DNA of 64,000 nucleotides from the human T2T-CHM13v2.0 reference genome, Homo sapiens. The stretch is taken from the NCBI RefSeq assembly GCF_009914755.1, contig NC_060928.1; one strand, given 5' to 3'. Made by a program: the position numbers and the translations under genes. Position 1 is the stretch's first letter. Each line of letters begins with the position of its first letter. The notes beneath the pieces were generated by a model. The model searched no databases. It was given only the letters and a program-made list of their open reading frames with translations, and was not told the origin of the DNA. This document shows, piece by piece, positions 1 to 14,716 of the stretch.

Positions 1-589
1 AACCAAAACCTAATGCAGTAGCTGGCTGAGTATTTGCTACACTTGACAGGTAGCTGGCATGCAAGAATTCATCTGTGTCTAAGAGGTATTTACTTTTAAA
101 TTCAGAAATCCCAAACAGGCAGACTGAAGAAAAATGAGATCTAAGCCTTCTCCATGCTGAATAGTCCATTTCACCTTATTGAGGTGAAATGGGAAACAGG
201 GAAATTAAATTCTACATGGGATAATTCTACTTCAAACACAGATTTGCTGAGTTATGCTAGGTAAATGACTAATTAAGGCTGATTCTGGAGCAGAGCTGGC
301 TGAGTGTTGGAGGAATATACAAACATGCCGGAGGCGCCAACCCCACCCACGCAAGAGCTGAGGGAGAGACTGGAGAGGTTGGGAGCAGGAAGAGAGAACA
401 GGGCCGATATATAACCAGTTTAGGAAAGGCGACACTCATTTCTCTCTGGTCATTTCTAATCACACAAGACAAGGCAGATAATGAAAATGAAAAATCCATT
501 GAAAAACTCCTACTTTCAAAAAAAAGGTAGGATGACTTCCTTTAGCTAGAGGGAGAACCGGGGCTGGCAAGCTGCCTCCGGACAGTTGC

Positions 590-770
590 GTTCCATGGGT
601 GCCAAGCATGTCATTATCTCTTTTAATCCTCCCAACAATTCTCTGAGGTAGGTATGATTATCCCCTTTTATAGATAAGGACAAAACCTGAGCTAGATTAA
701 GTAATTTGCCTGAGATCACCAGCTAGGAAGTGACTGTAAGGATTAAGTCTGAATCTGTCTGACTCATGCA
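590..770 (-). mobile_element. MIR SINE fragment
   Basis: Antisense MIR core: ttttaatcctcccaacaattctctgaggtagg...ttttatagataagga...taagtaatttgcctgagatcac. Confidence 0.7.
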
Positions 771-1237
771 GCTCTCTCTCTTCATCCCCTGCTTTGCCCT
801 CTCTTCCAACCCGATTTCTTTCTTAACTCAATCTATAAATTCACTTACATCTGTGACATATTTTTAAGATAGTCCTATGAACATTCAGAATGATGGTGTC
901 CCTGGGGTAAAAAGGGATTATAAAATCACCTAGTTGGGCTACATCTGAAACATCCCCTCTTTACCCTCCAGAAAGGCTCTCCTAGTTTATTCTGCCTGAA
1001 TACGCTCGTGATAGGGCAATAGGCACACATGCAGCGTGTCTGACATAGGTGACAGCTCCATTTCTTCTTCAACATTGCTCCTACCCCCTAGGGTTCTTCT
1101 TCCCGAGTTCCCAGGCACCTTATTTCCCTTAGTATGTCCTTCTCTTTCAGGGGAAACCTTGCCAGGTCTGTTAAAATCCAAAAGTGTTTGTTTCTTTCTT
1201 CCAAAATACCAACATTCACATATGTATGTCCCTAGAG

Positions 1238-1303
1238 CAGTGGTTCTCCAACTTTCATCTGCATAAGAACCACCTGAAAGGCTTGTTAAAACACAGATTG
1301 CTG
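1238..1303 (-). mobile_element. MER5A (hAT-Charlie) end fragment
   Basis: cagtggttctccaacttt...cacctgaaaggcttgttaaaacacagattgctg matches a MER5A terminus. Confidence 0.7.
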
Positions 1304-1311
1304 TCTTGTGA

Positions 1312-1812
<501 letters not shown>

Positions 1813-2307
1813 TAAGCTTATCCTGACATTCCCCAGACTTTAGGTTTCAGTTCTCATTTATCAGCAGGAGTTTCCTTGGATTCATGAATTTAGAAGGAAG
1901 AAAATTAGGAGAATATTTTACCCATTTATTTATACTGTGTGAAGAAGCAAAATGTAACATACTTGCTACCCAAGTCTACATGGCATGGACAAGAGACATT
2001 GTAATGTCACCACAGTGGTGCTACATTTATATCTTTAGAGGATTATTCCTTTCAAACACTATTTGAAATGTTCTGAGGAAAAGAGGGTTATTCTGTAAGA
2101 ACTAAAAGCAAATGGCAGAGTCTTGCTGGCAAAATCTGCTAGAAGGTTACTCATGCTATTGAGAGACCAGTACATTTGCTAGCCGTGAGTCACTGATGAG
2201 AAGGGAAGTAGTCAGGGACTTGGTAGAGTGAATTATCAAAGAATTTTCTCTTCCACAGAAAAAAATCATTATAGAGGAAGGAATCCAGTTGGGTTTTATC
2301 AACTGCT

Positions 2308-2482
2308 AAGGGTTCTTAAAGTGTGATCCCAGGACCAGCAGCAACAGCATTACTTGGGGTCTTAGAAATGCAAATTCTCTGGTCTCACCCCAGATCTTCT
2401 GAACTTCGAGCATGCGGCACAGAAATCTGTTTCAGCAATTTCTCCAGTTGATTCTGATGAGCAGGAAAGTTTGAGAACATGG
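2308..2482 (+). mobile_element. MER5A, near full length
   Basis: ggttcttaaagtgtgatcccaggaccagcagcaacagcat...gaaatgcaaattctc...aagtttgagaac. Confidence 0.8.
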
Positions 2483-2649
2483 TCTTAGAGCGAGTTTTCT
2501 AAATAAAGTAACAAAATGATTAGAAAGTGCATTGACCTAAGATTTGAGCTGTGAGTCTGGTCTACCATCTCTAGCAGAGTCTTTTGTAAGGACAGTTAAA
2601 ACTAGCAGATGCTCAAGAAGAAAGGTCCCATAGCTCTTCTCTGGAGTGT

Positions 2650-2866
2650 GGGGATTCTCAGCCCTGATTGTACATTAAAATCATTGGGGCACTTAAAAGG
2701 AAATATTTTTCTGTTTTTTACAATAATAGTAATAACAATAAAATACTTTTCCAGGCTACCTCCTAGCAATTCTTATTCCATTGTCGTAAGGTGGTGCCCC
2801 TTGTTTCCGTATTTTTGAATTCTTCAGCTGACTCTAATGTGAAGGTCTGAGTTGTGAGTTACTGTG
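2650..2866. mobile_element. MER5B-like hAT MITE, diverged
   Basis: ttctcagccctgattgtacattaaaatcattgggg ... tgactctaatgtg...gttgtgagttactg. Confidence 0.45.
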
Positions 2867-3258
2867 CTAGAGATTGAGGATGGGAACATGGCGAAACTTA
2901 ATATTGTGAGAGGAAGTTAGTAATATTTCCTTAAAGCATGATTTAATTACATACTAGATAATAACACCTACCATTTAGCTGAGTTATTAAAGCTCATGTC
3001 CCAATGAGGAGACTCTACAGAATGCAAACCACTGTCATTGTTCCTAGTATGAACAGGCTGTTCCTAATATGAAAGGCTGTTATGCAGCCTTTCTAGGGCT
3101 CCTGGGCATTAGAAATGTCTACCCTTAAATCAAGCTCACCACCCCCTTTGCAACTATTTTCTGAGGGGAAAATAAAAAAGTTTATGGAAAGAACTTTGGT
3201 TTCAGAGTGTGACAATCTGCACTGTGGCACCTGCCTTGCCATTAACAAGCTCCATAAT

Positions 3259-3595
3259 GGCCAGACATGGTGGCTCACACCCATAATCTCAGCACTTTGG
3301 GAGGCTGAGTGGGGAGGATTGCTTGAGCTAGGAATTCAAGACTAGCCTGGGCAACATGGCAAGACTCCCATCTCTCTACAAAATTAAAGAAAAAAATTAG
3401 CCAGGTATGGTGATGCACACCTGTAGTCCCAGCTACTCAGGAGGCTGAGGTGGGAGGATCACATGAGCCCTGAAGGTTGAGGCTACAGTGAGCCACGTTT
3501 GTGCCACTGCACTACAGCCTACATGATGGAGCAAGACCCTGTCTCAAAAAAAAAAAAAAACCCAGAAACCAACAAAACAAAACAAAATAAAAAAA
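3259..3595 (+). mobile_element. AluJ
   Basis: J-type motifs (ggaggattgcttgagc, gaggctacagtgagc), A-rich tail, diverged TSD aagctccataat/cagcttcacaat. Confidence 0.93.
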
Positions 3596-4598
3596 CAGCT
3601 TCACAATAAGTCAAATAACATAAATGTTCTGCACCTGTTTCCTTATCTGTCTTGCTCAATAAGTTTCCTCCCAGCTCAGAAATCACAGCTTTGCTCATAG
3701 TTTCGGTTCATGGAAAGTGGCTATTTGTACATTTATGTATTATTAAGAGACCGCATAGTCCATTGCATCATAGCTCTCAATCCCCAAGTCTTAGTCCTTT
3801 GGCTTTTTCATTTATTACAGTTAAACTTTTGCTTTTTGGTAAATAAGACAGATGGTCTAAGGGAAATGCAGAAATTGGCAGAATTATGTTCATACTGCGA
3901 ACTAAGAGACTCCATGTTATCTCATCCAACTGTAAAGTCACAAAGGCCACCAGGAGCAACCCACTAAGTTACCTGTAAAATCAGGTTTTCATGAAAGAAA
4001 CAGAATTGTCCATAGAAAGTAAGAAGCGTCTCAGGCGGCATTTTTTTTTTTTTACACTACTGCTAGATGTGCTTCCATTTGATTTTGTGATTCTTTCTTA
4101 TTATGAAGCCAATTTATAAACTTAAGACTGAGAAGGGATTGGATGCAGCACATTCCTTTCCTCTCACAAATGATGGTTGAGACAGTATGTGATTCTGAAA
4201 GGTACCATATGAAGCGTATCACACAATTATTATGCTCCACCCATCATGGTTGGTTTCAACTGCTGGGTTTGGAAATCATGCAAGGATCGGATTCTAAATG
4301 GAGTACTTAGGCAGGAGATAGATACGGCCTCTGTCTTTATTACCTTGTACTTTATCCTTCTTACATTTAATGTTGTAAATATTCCTTCTGCTGTACCCTA
4401 AAAGATATTTTTCTTTTATCATATCTCTCTCTCCTTCGTTTCTTTCTTCTGTCTCTCTTACTCTAATGTATCTTCAACTATTAAGCCAGAAGATCTCATT
4501 TGAAAGTTTCATGTAGGCTTATTTTTGTTGAGGCACAGGTAAATCAATAAATGCCAATTTTTATTTACATGATTTTGACAAACTTTGATTCACATGTG

Positions 4599-4601
<3 letters not shown>

Positions 4602-4640
<39 letters not shown>
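4602..4640. repeat. (CA)n microsatellite
   Basis: About 19 perfect AC units. Confidence 0.97.
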
Positions 4641-4643
<3 letters not shown>

Positions 4644-6582
4644 TTGCTTCCTCCTTAGCAAAACCATCTTCCCTTTAACCAAAGCATGGCCTTGGAGGTA
4701 GTCACATGACCGAGTACTAGAGGATGAACCAGGAAGTATTGGACCAGAGGAAATAAGACTTCTGCTAGATAAAGATGCACAATACCTTCTAATTAGCATG
4801 ACAACTGATTGTTACCAGGGAACATGGACATTTATTTAATTTCATTTAATTTCAACAAAAATTCTTTATGTAATTAGCAAATGGGACTTAAAATGGTATT
4901 TTAATTCAGTAAGTAGAGCCTACATTATACCTCTCTTATTTGGATCTATGTAGTTTGTAAGGAATCGTTTTTGGTTATAACAGCCATTTAAAACAATATA
5001 TTGAAACATACTGAATTTAGAAACAGCTTTCAATAGTTATACTACAAATTGTTAGACCAAATCTTTTAAAAAAATAAAACATCCAATCATATTGGTCTCA
5101 ATAAAATATTAATAGCATTAGAGAGCAAAATTATATCAACTATTGATAAGTAGCAATTATTTAAAGTATGGAAATTGCATTTTACCCCATCTTTTTCAGT
5201 TTCCATCTCATGTGTATTTATTACACACATGCTATATATAACATGTATTATATATATAATATATTGACATTTTATATTCATATAGGAGGACCACTTTTCT
5301 AGAGGACAATCTATAACAGAAAATTGGTAATGAAGAAATATCCTAAGTGGATGAATGAAGGTAGTGGAACTACTCACAAACAGAGGCAGCTGCAGTCCTT
5401 TTATGAAAACTAAACAACCAAACCAAAAACTAAGGAACAAAAACTCCTGTTGAGGGCTTAGTAAGAAGGATATTGCTTTAATTCTGCAAGAGAGATACAA
5501 ACTATATATCAAGACATGTTCTCCAACTATGAGTTGTGGAGTATTTCAAATACATAAAAGTTTGTCAAGTAGAGTTACTTTGGTGACATAATTTGTGTGG
5601 CAGCTAAGAGGCTTGGGGAATTGGATGCCTAAGAGACTTCTCACAATCTCCTTTATGTTCACTAAATATTTTATTATATTTAGTCATATCTCCTGTATTC
5701 TATCATATCTGGATGTAAACAACAAAAATTTGGGGTGAGAGAAGTTTCAAGCTAAAAAAAGATGGATGGATTAATAGTGAGATAGATGGGTAGGTGAATG
5801 GATGAGGACTATTTTAGCACATACAACTCTAGTCCCAAGTCTCTGTATCCTTTTAAATCAACTTTATTAGTAAAAAATTGTTTGAGCCCACGACCTGAGT
5901 TTTTTATATTCATTTAAAAGTTATATATAAGTACCACTGTATCAATACATAATTATCAGCAATACATACAAAAAAAGTGTAAAATATTTTATACTGGTTT
6001 ATAGCATACCTGATGGGGCATTTTTCTTGCAATAGTCAACATTTTAATCTACTTTATCTTCTATCGTTCATCAGGAGATGTAATTCTTGTTCACTGACAC
6101 TTTTTGAGATCCTACTATATTCTAAGTACTGTGTTAAGCTGTCTAGGTGATTGTCATAGTCATAGGAATTGTCGTATCTCGTCTACTGTGTGCTTAGTAC
6201 CTCTGAAAAGGACGCAGCCTACACATAATAGCAGCTATTAATGTGGATATATGGTTCAGTGCGGACTATGGTTGTCATCTTTTTATCTTCCATCCAGAGA
6301 GTACTGCCTTCTTGGAAGTAAAGGAGGTAATAAACTGAATGCTAAGGTAGAGAAGTTTAAAAATCGTATATACACAAATATGTGTGTATATTTTATACAC
6401 TAAATCTAAAGTATTTCATTAATATTAATAGTAAGCATTATAAATGAATGTTATAAATGAGGAATTTATAGTATATTCCTATTAGGTCTCAATTATAATT
6501 AAAATTAATGTGTATAATACATGTAAATTATTAGTGTATATTTTTAGGTAAGTAGGCTAAGGACAGGAGCAAAATTCAAAGT

Positions 6583-6786
6583 CCATTTGAGAACTTACTA
6601 TGTTCCAAGTACTGTGATAAATTTTTCTATGTGCATTTTCTCATTTAACTCTCTAAAACACCTGATAAGCTAGGTACATCTATTACTCCCAGTTTATAAA
6701 TAAGAGAACAGGCTTAGGAGAGATTTTGTAATTTTCCCAGTATGATATAGCCACAGAAGGGCAGATACAAGATTTAAATCTACATC
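6583..6786 (-). mobile_element. MIR SINE
   Basis: catttgagaacttactatgttccaagtactgtg...tctcatttaactctc...ggcagatacaagatttaaatc. Confidence 0.7.
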
Positions 6787-8131
6787 ATCCTGGTGAATAC
6801 CTAAGGCTCTGGGATCAAGTCTAGATTGATTTTCCTTCCTCTTTACTAATATGGTTGCTTCAGTGCTTCATTGAGATTAAAATCAACAGGATTTAAATAC
6901 CATTTATAGGGGCATGTTCAGATAAGTCACTTGTAAATAAACATTCTTGTGGTTTGCTTTATTATGAATTAATGATAACTTAGGCTATCAACTCTGCCAA
7001 ATTTTAATATACATTTGATAACTGTTTTTATAACAGTTAAAGCTTGACTTGAAAAAAATGTATGAGTAGGTAATTGCTAAAAATATGAAATACAACCTGC
7101 CAGGCTAGGAGACTAATTGCTTCAAGCTTCCTTGTGAGTACATATATTTCCTTTATAGAAGCACATAATGCAAAATATCTAAGAACAGAGCTGACGCTGT
7201 ATTACAGATTAATCTTCTCCTTCTGGTGAAAGAGTTTAACAATACTGTAAGTGTAGCGTCTTTGTCTCTTTTAATCTCTCAGTCTCTTTCTTTGTCAGTG
7301 TTTCTGTCTCCTGATGTATTAAACCTCTTAAAAGAGACAATACTTTTGTGGAAAAACTTCAAGGTCATACTCCTTGTAACATGTCCTGAGTTCTGGAGGT
7401 CACAGCCTGGGATCAAGAGGTTGTCCCCAAACTCAGTCCCCTCTGTGGTAAAACACTAACCTATCAGCTGAACTATTGAATTGGTGCCTCAGAAACATAA
7501 TTCTAACAAATACAACCATATGTGGATAATACATGGATTTTGGACAGAAACAGACTTGCTAAAAGTTTCGTAGTGTTCCCAGAACCAGTTATATAATTAT
7601 TGACTAATTTTTATTACTTTGGTATCAGCTTTGTGCCAAATGTGGGCAGTTTTTATTTTTTAACCCAATCTGTAGCAAAGTGATTGCAGAAGCAGATTTC
7701 TATGTAGAAGGGAGAAAGTAGCCATACATGGTAAGTATTTACATTTTATGATGTGGGGGATACCTACATTAATAATTTAATTTGCCTTTTGCAGACAGAT
7801 GTTCTGTTGTGTTATTGATATTGCTGCAAACTTATTGCCACTTACTCTCAGTGATGAGACTAACAGTTTTCTATACTTTTGATTGCTATGTAAAATCATG
7901 TTGTAGAGAAACTTGTCTAATTTTATGGAATCAAAGACTACTGGTCCTGTGATTGGTTAGGTAATATAATCTTCTCAGAATAAATAGTAACAACAGCTTT
8001 ATTTTAGCAGGAAAGTAAGAGTTTTACTATGTAGAAGTATAGTAGTCAAAGGAAACAATTGTCCAAACAATTTATTTTAAAGAACAGAAAACAAAAAGAA
8101 GAAAAAATGTTTTATTAGAGATAATCATATA

Positions 8132-8475
8132 CATCATGCACTTCATAGCAACGTTTCAGACAATGATGGATCACATATACAATGGTGGCCCCATAAGATT
8201 ATAATACAATATTTGTACTAAACTTTTTTAATGTTTAGATATGTTTAGATACAAAAATACTTACCATTGTGTTACAATTGCCTACAGTATTCAGTACAGT
8301 AACATGTACAGGTTTGTAGCCTAGGAGCAATAGGCTATACCATAGAGTCTAGGTGTGTAGGAGGCTATACTATCTAGGTTTGTGTAAGTACACTCTATGA
8401 TGTTTGCTCAATGACAAAACCACCTAACAATGCATTTCTCAAAATGTATCCTTGTCATTAAGCAACATATGACTG
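8132..8475 (+). mobile_element. Tigger3a/MER7A DNA transposon
   Basis: Termini catcatgcac... and ...catatgactg flanked by TA; internal tagcctaggagcaataggctataccata. Confidence 0.85.
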
Positions 8476-8609
8476 TATTAGTGAAAACTAGATTTTCACC
8501 AGATGACAAATCCAGATAACTAAGTTCTTACATCTGAATATAGTACCTGCAACTGTTTGACTTAAGGCCAAAACATTTTAAATAATTATTTTAAAAAAGC
8601 ATTATTAAG

Positions 8610-10610
8610 AAATAAAACTATCTCTATTTGAGATGACATAGTTTTCTATATATATATATATATAGAAAATTCTAAATAATCCACTAAAAATCTGTGACTA
8701 ACAACCTCAGCTAGATCATGACATACAAATCAATATGTAAAAATCAATAATATTTCCACATTTGCAATAAACAGTCCAAAAATGAAATAGAGTAAACAAT
8801 TTCATTTACAATAACCTCAAAAGGAATAAAATTCTTAGTAAACAATTTCATTTACAATAACCTCAGAAAGAATAAAATTCTGAGGAATAAATTTAACAAA
8901 AGAAGTGTGACACTAATACTCTGAAAACTATAGAACATTATTGAAAGCAATTAAAAATCTAAGTACATAGAAATATATTCTGTATTCATGGATTGGAAGA
9001 CTTAATATTGTTAAGATGGCACTATTCCCCAAACTGATTTATAGATTCAACGCAATCCCTATCGTAATCCCAGCTGGCTTCTTTGTGGATCCTACAATGC
9101 ATACGGAAACTCAAAGGACCTAGAATAGCCAAAGTAATTTTAAAAAAGAAGAAAGTGGGAGGAGTTGCACTTTCCAATTTCAAAATTTACTATGAAGCAA
9201 TAGTAATCAAGACAATATTGGCGTAAGAATATGCATGTAGATCCATAGAATAGCATCGAGAGTCCAGAAATAAACCCATATATTTGTGGTCAATTGATTT
9301 TCACTGAGGGTGCTAAGACCATTCAATGAGGAAAGAAGAGTTTGTTCAATAAATTGTGCTGAGACAACTGGATAGTCACAGGAAAAAGAATAAAGTTGGA
9401 CTACTACCTCATACTCCATATGAAAATCAACTTGAAGTGCATCAAATAATTAAATATGAATGCTAAAACTATAAAACTCTTAGAAGAAAACATAAGGATA
9501 AATTTTCATGACCTTGGATTTGGCAATGGTTTTCTAGATGCATTACAAAAGTATGAACATCAAAAGAAAAAAGATACATTAATTGGATTATCAAAATTAA
9601 AACCCTTTGTGCTTCAAATGTTATTATCAAAAAAGTGAAAAGACAACCCTCAGAATGACAGAAATTATTTGCAAAACATATCTGATAGGGAGATCATATC
9701 AAGAATATGGAAATAACTTGTACAATTCAATAATAAAAAGACAACCCAGTTGAAAAATGGTTAAAGAATATGAAGGGACATTTTTTCAACAAAGATACAC
9801 AAATGGCCAAAAGGCACATGAAGAAATGTTTAATATTTTTAGTCATCAGGAAAATGCAAATCAAAACCACGATGAGATGCCGCTTCACATTCACTTGGTT
9901 GGTTATAATCAAAAGTCTGAGAATAACAAGTGTTAACAAGATGTGAAAATGTTGGAACCCTTCTAAACTGCTGGTAGGAATATAAAATAGTGCAACTAGT
10001 TTGGAAAGCAGTGTGGTGGTTCCTCAAAAATGTATACATGGAGCTATCATTTGACCCGTCAGTTACACTCCTAGGTATATACCCAAGAAAAATGAAAACA
10101 TATGTCCACGCAAAAATGTGTACATTGATATTATAGCAGCATTATTCATAATAGCCAAGAGATGGAATCAACCCAAATGATTATCAGCTGATGAATGGAT
10201 AAACAAAATGTGGTATATCTATATAATGGGACATTTTCAACCAGTAATAGGTATGAAGTACGGATACTTGCTACAAGTTGGTTAAAATATTATATTAAGA
10301 GAAACAATTCAGTCCAAAAAAACACATGTTACATGATTCTATTTATATAAAATGTTCAAGATAGGAAAATCTGTAGAGATGGAATGTAGATTTGTGGTTG
10401 CCTGGGGCTGGGGGTGGGAGTTCGGGTGTTTTGGGAGGTGAAAACTGGAGTACAGGGTTTCTTTGGGGGATGCTAAATGTTCTAAAACTGATTATGTTAA
10501 TTGGGTGGACAACTCTGTGAATGTACTAAAAACTATTGAATTATAGACTGTAAATTTGCGAATTGTGTGGTATTGTGAGTTATATTTCAATGAAGCTTTT
10601 GCCAAAAACA
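8610..10610 (+). mobile_element. L1M (L1MB-like) ORF2 3' part and 3'UTR
   Basis: ORF2 remnants (MNAKTIKLLEENI..., tattcatggattggaagacttaatattgttaagatggc) and an L1MB-type 3' end. Confidence 0.88.
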
Positions 10611-11612
10611 GTATTACTTCTGAGGCAACAGTTATACAATTTTGGTATTAAGTATTCAGCCCTCTCCACATGGGTTTTTCAGTTTTATGTGTGCAAAATA
10701 ACCTTAAATTTTTAGGCTGGTTTTTTTTTTTTTTTTTTTTTGAAAAGGACTTTATTTGGTATGGATGAGCAAATGTCCAGTGCACTTCCAAAATAGATTC
10801 ATTTAAACTTGGTTTGTGACTTATTAGCATTGTGAAGTTAATGGTTGAAAAGGTCAAGAGATATGAAATAGGAGAACAAATTCTTTAGACATTTTTCCTT
10901 TTAAAACAGGTGCACCCTATCCTGAGAAACAGTTGGTGTAACCCCATATCCATTTTTGTTGTTGTTGACATCTCAGCAGAAAATACTATTTTCAGAAAGT
11001 ATTATTTTACCTATGAGTTATACATTTACAACATATCATTCTTACCCAGCTATGAAAATGATCTTAGGGCACTGCACCAGAATCCTGAATTGCTGCTGTA
11101 AGAGCCGATTCTGTTTGCTTCTTGTCTCTCTTTTGCCTGTGCATCTTTCTTCTTAATAAATTTGAAAAGTGTATTAGTCACAGTGGTTTTGGATTCTGCT
11201 TTCCTAAAGCTCTGCTCTAAGTGAGCTGTTGCACTTCTAAACTAAAATTTCCCTGTTCTTTGCCATCTTTCACCCTGTGCTTTTCCAGACCTAAAATGTC
11301 AAAGTATCAAGCAGATGAAATTAAGTTTGGAACATAGGTTTGGTAGGAAATGACTCCATGCTTTCAGCAGATCTGTAGTTTCATTATTTTTTTTTTTTTA
11401 AAAAAAACAAGGGACTGTTAATAAAAGATTCACTGAATCCAGTCATTTGTCTCAATTAACTACTGTATTTACATAAAATACTTGATGCTGTAAAATAAAA
11501 GCAGTGCAGGCTATTTGCTGAGATACCTAGACAGTTACAGTAGACTAGATTTTTGCTTAATAATTATTTAGAGGAGAGGGGTTTTAGGTACACTTGGATA
11601 TACTTGAATATC

Positions 11613-11614
<2 letters not shown>

Positions 11615-11660
<46 letters not shown>
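11615..11660. repeat. (TG)23 microsatellite
   Basis: Perfect TG run. Confidence 0.97.
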
Positions 11661-11661
<1 letters not shown>

Positions 11662-12782
11662 ATTTGGACTAAAGTGGCTAAAACACTTCTTCTGACCCCA
11701 TTTGGCAGAAGGTAAAAACGACTTTCTGTTTGCAAGGATCTTGTGCCCATGGAGCATCAGGCAAGGACATTCTGTTATGCTTCTTAAAAGAACTGGCACT
11801 ACAGATCCCTTAACCAGAAGTGCACAGAGTCATATTTTTGTGATTGACAGTACGTTCTTTATTGCCTTTATTTTTGTTTTCCCTCCTCTCTTCATGTATT
11901 GTATTGTGGACCTACATGACTCAGATTATGTCTTACTTACTGTGTTGCTGAATATGGCTAGAGGAAATGTGAGAATGAGTACTGAAAAAACAACTTACCA
12001 GAAATCAGGACTCCTTCTGGCTTCCATCACTGGCTCTGCCACACTCTCTGGCCTTAGATAAAATTCCCTTCACTCAACTGATATTTTAAAACACATACCA
12101 TGTGCAGGGTACTGTCTATATGTCTAGCCTTATTGAATCTCAGTTTTCTCATCTGTAAAATAAAACATGAAATTTAAGCTGTAAACCTGATTGATTATTC
12201 TGCGACAATTCAGAGAGCAGAGGTTAACACATTTGACTGTTAGAGTACCTTCCCCGCCCCACCATCAGAATTTTTACTCATATTTGCAAATTCCATAGTA
12301 CAATCCTTACTCACTGAGATGTCCCCTGTATCCTTAAGTGGCACTAATAAATACTGGTAAATGTGCTAAACTAAATTGAAAGTCATTTTAAATGAAAATT
12401 GTGTTTGTATATACAGCCTTATAGCAAGGTCACCAGTTGAGTTGTGAAACTGAGCAGCTTATGATAGAGTGTCACAATTCTAAAATGGCTGGAAATTTTT
12501 TACAATCTGACTATAAGGAATATAAGATACTTTCCTATTCTTGAAAGACTATTAGATTTTATTCCATTAGCTCTTCTATTTTTCTTCTCTCTTTCAAGAA
12601 AAAAATGACCAAATGCACATAGAAAATAATGTGGTTGTAGCCCAGTAGTAGTTGGCTAAAGTTCTTAGTTTTGGAGACAAAACTAAGCCATTTTAGAAAC
12701 TGTCCTTTGGCCCTAGTTATGGATGTTTCAGCCCTGCTCAGGGTCAATATGCTTCCTCACAGTGGGAGATGGAGAGAAGTAG

Positions 12783-13575
<793 letters not shown>

Positions 13576-13812
13576 ATCCTTCTATTCTTCTCATTTCTCC
13601 CTACCCCAAATCAACATGGATAGGTCTCCATTTGTTCTAAGAAGTGCTGTGCTGTTGTAATTAGCTTAATTAATCAAATGTATCTTTGATGATCCATTTA
13701 TTAATTCATTTTTTTTTCTTCTAGACAGCAAAGGACTGAATTTTGTTAAAACCCACCCTTGCTCAGAGGGCATTTATAAAGAAAACAACCTCCACAATGA
13801 AACAAAAATTCA

Positions 13813-14716
13813 GGGGAGATGCGGTGTGAGGTCTGCTCCAGGCCGTGGTGGGTGCTCTTTGGCTTCTCTCCTCTGCTGGGCCTGTGGCCACATGTCCCCC
13901 CGCCCACCACCGCCACTGCCCCCATGCCCATGAAGGGCCGCTCCCCCATCGCCACACCCTGCAGTACCTGAGCCAGGGGGAGGTGGTGTTCAAAGACTTG
14001 GCGAAGGTCATGACAGTGAATTACAAAACACATGGGGAGCTGGGTGAGGGCACCAGGAAATTTGCGTTTTCAACATATCTTAGATCCAATACAAAATCCC
14101 ATGAGTGCAGATCATGATGTTTAAGGACAGGATGCCATCATCCTTCCTGTCTCCACACCCACCAATACTTAGATTCTGGGAAGCAAGTCCCGTTGGATGT
14201 GGAGACCAAGAATAATAAGGAGGTCATTGAGTCCATCGAAAAATGTTGGGGAAGAATGAGGAAACCCCCAAGAAAGAGGAGAAGGAGAAAAAGCAGCTGT
14301 CTCACCCAGCCCCCTTTGGCCGTGGAAAGTACTGCCTGAAGGATTGTACCTGCAAAGTGGAAGGACAGGTGCCCTGCCTGGGCCTGATACCCAAGGAGAT
14401 GGGGAAGTGCAGAGCCACTGTGAAAGTCAGTACCCAGGACTAGCACCCAAGGTCATTGTGGGCTGGGGCAATTGTGACTGACCAATAGGGAGACTGGTAT
14501 GGGGTTACCCTGGCCCCAGTAAGCCCTCGGTTCTGTCCTTGAAAACTCTGGAAATCCTTTTGCAATAAAAGGTTCCCATTTATACACCTGTGTAAAAGGG
14601 CTTGGGGAGAGGAACATCTGCAGCCGAGCTGCTAAATGCATATCCTTGCTCCTTGGGTAAATAAAAGGCTTCCCAATCAGTGCAACAAAACAGCAACAAC
14701 AGCAACAACAACAACC
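13813..14716 (+). pseudogene. MRPS25P1: Processed pseudogene of mitochondrial ribosomal protein S25 (MRPS25); probably the annotated MRPS25P1
   Basis: Intronless, frameshifted copy: ATG 13924 MPMKGR..., [32 protein letters not shown], ...LGKNEET...[31 protein letters not shown]...QD, TAG 14441-14443; AATAAA 14660-14665, (CAA)n tail, candidate TSD 13802-13812 / 14717-14727. The parent gene is recognised with confidence; the P1 symbol is from memory. Confidence 0.92.
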
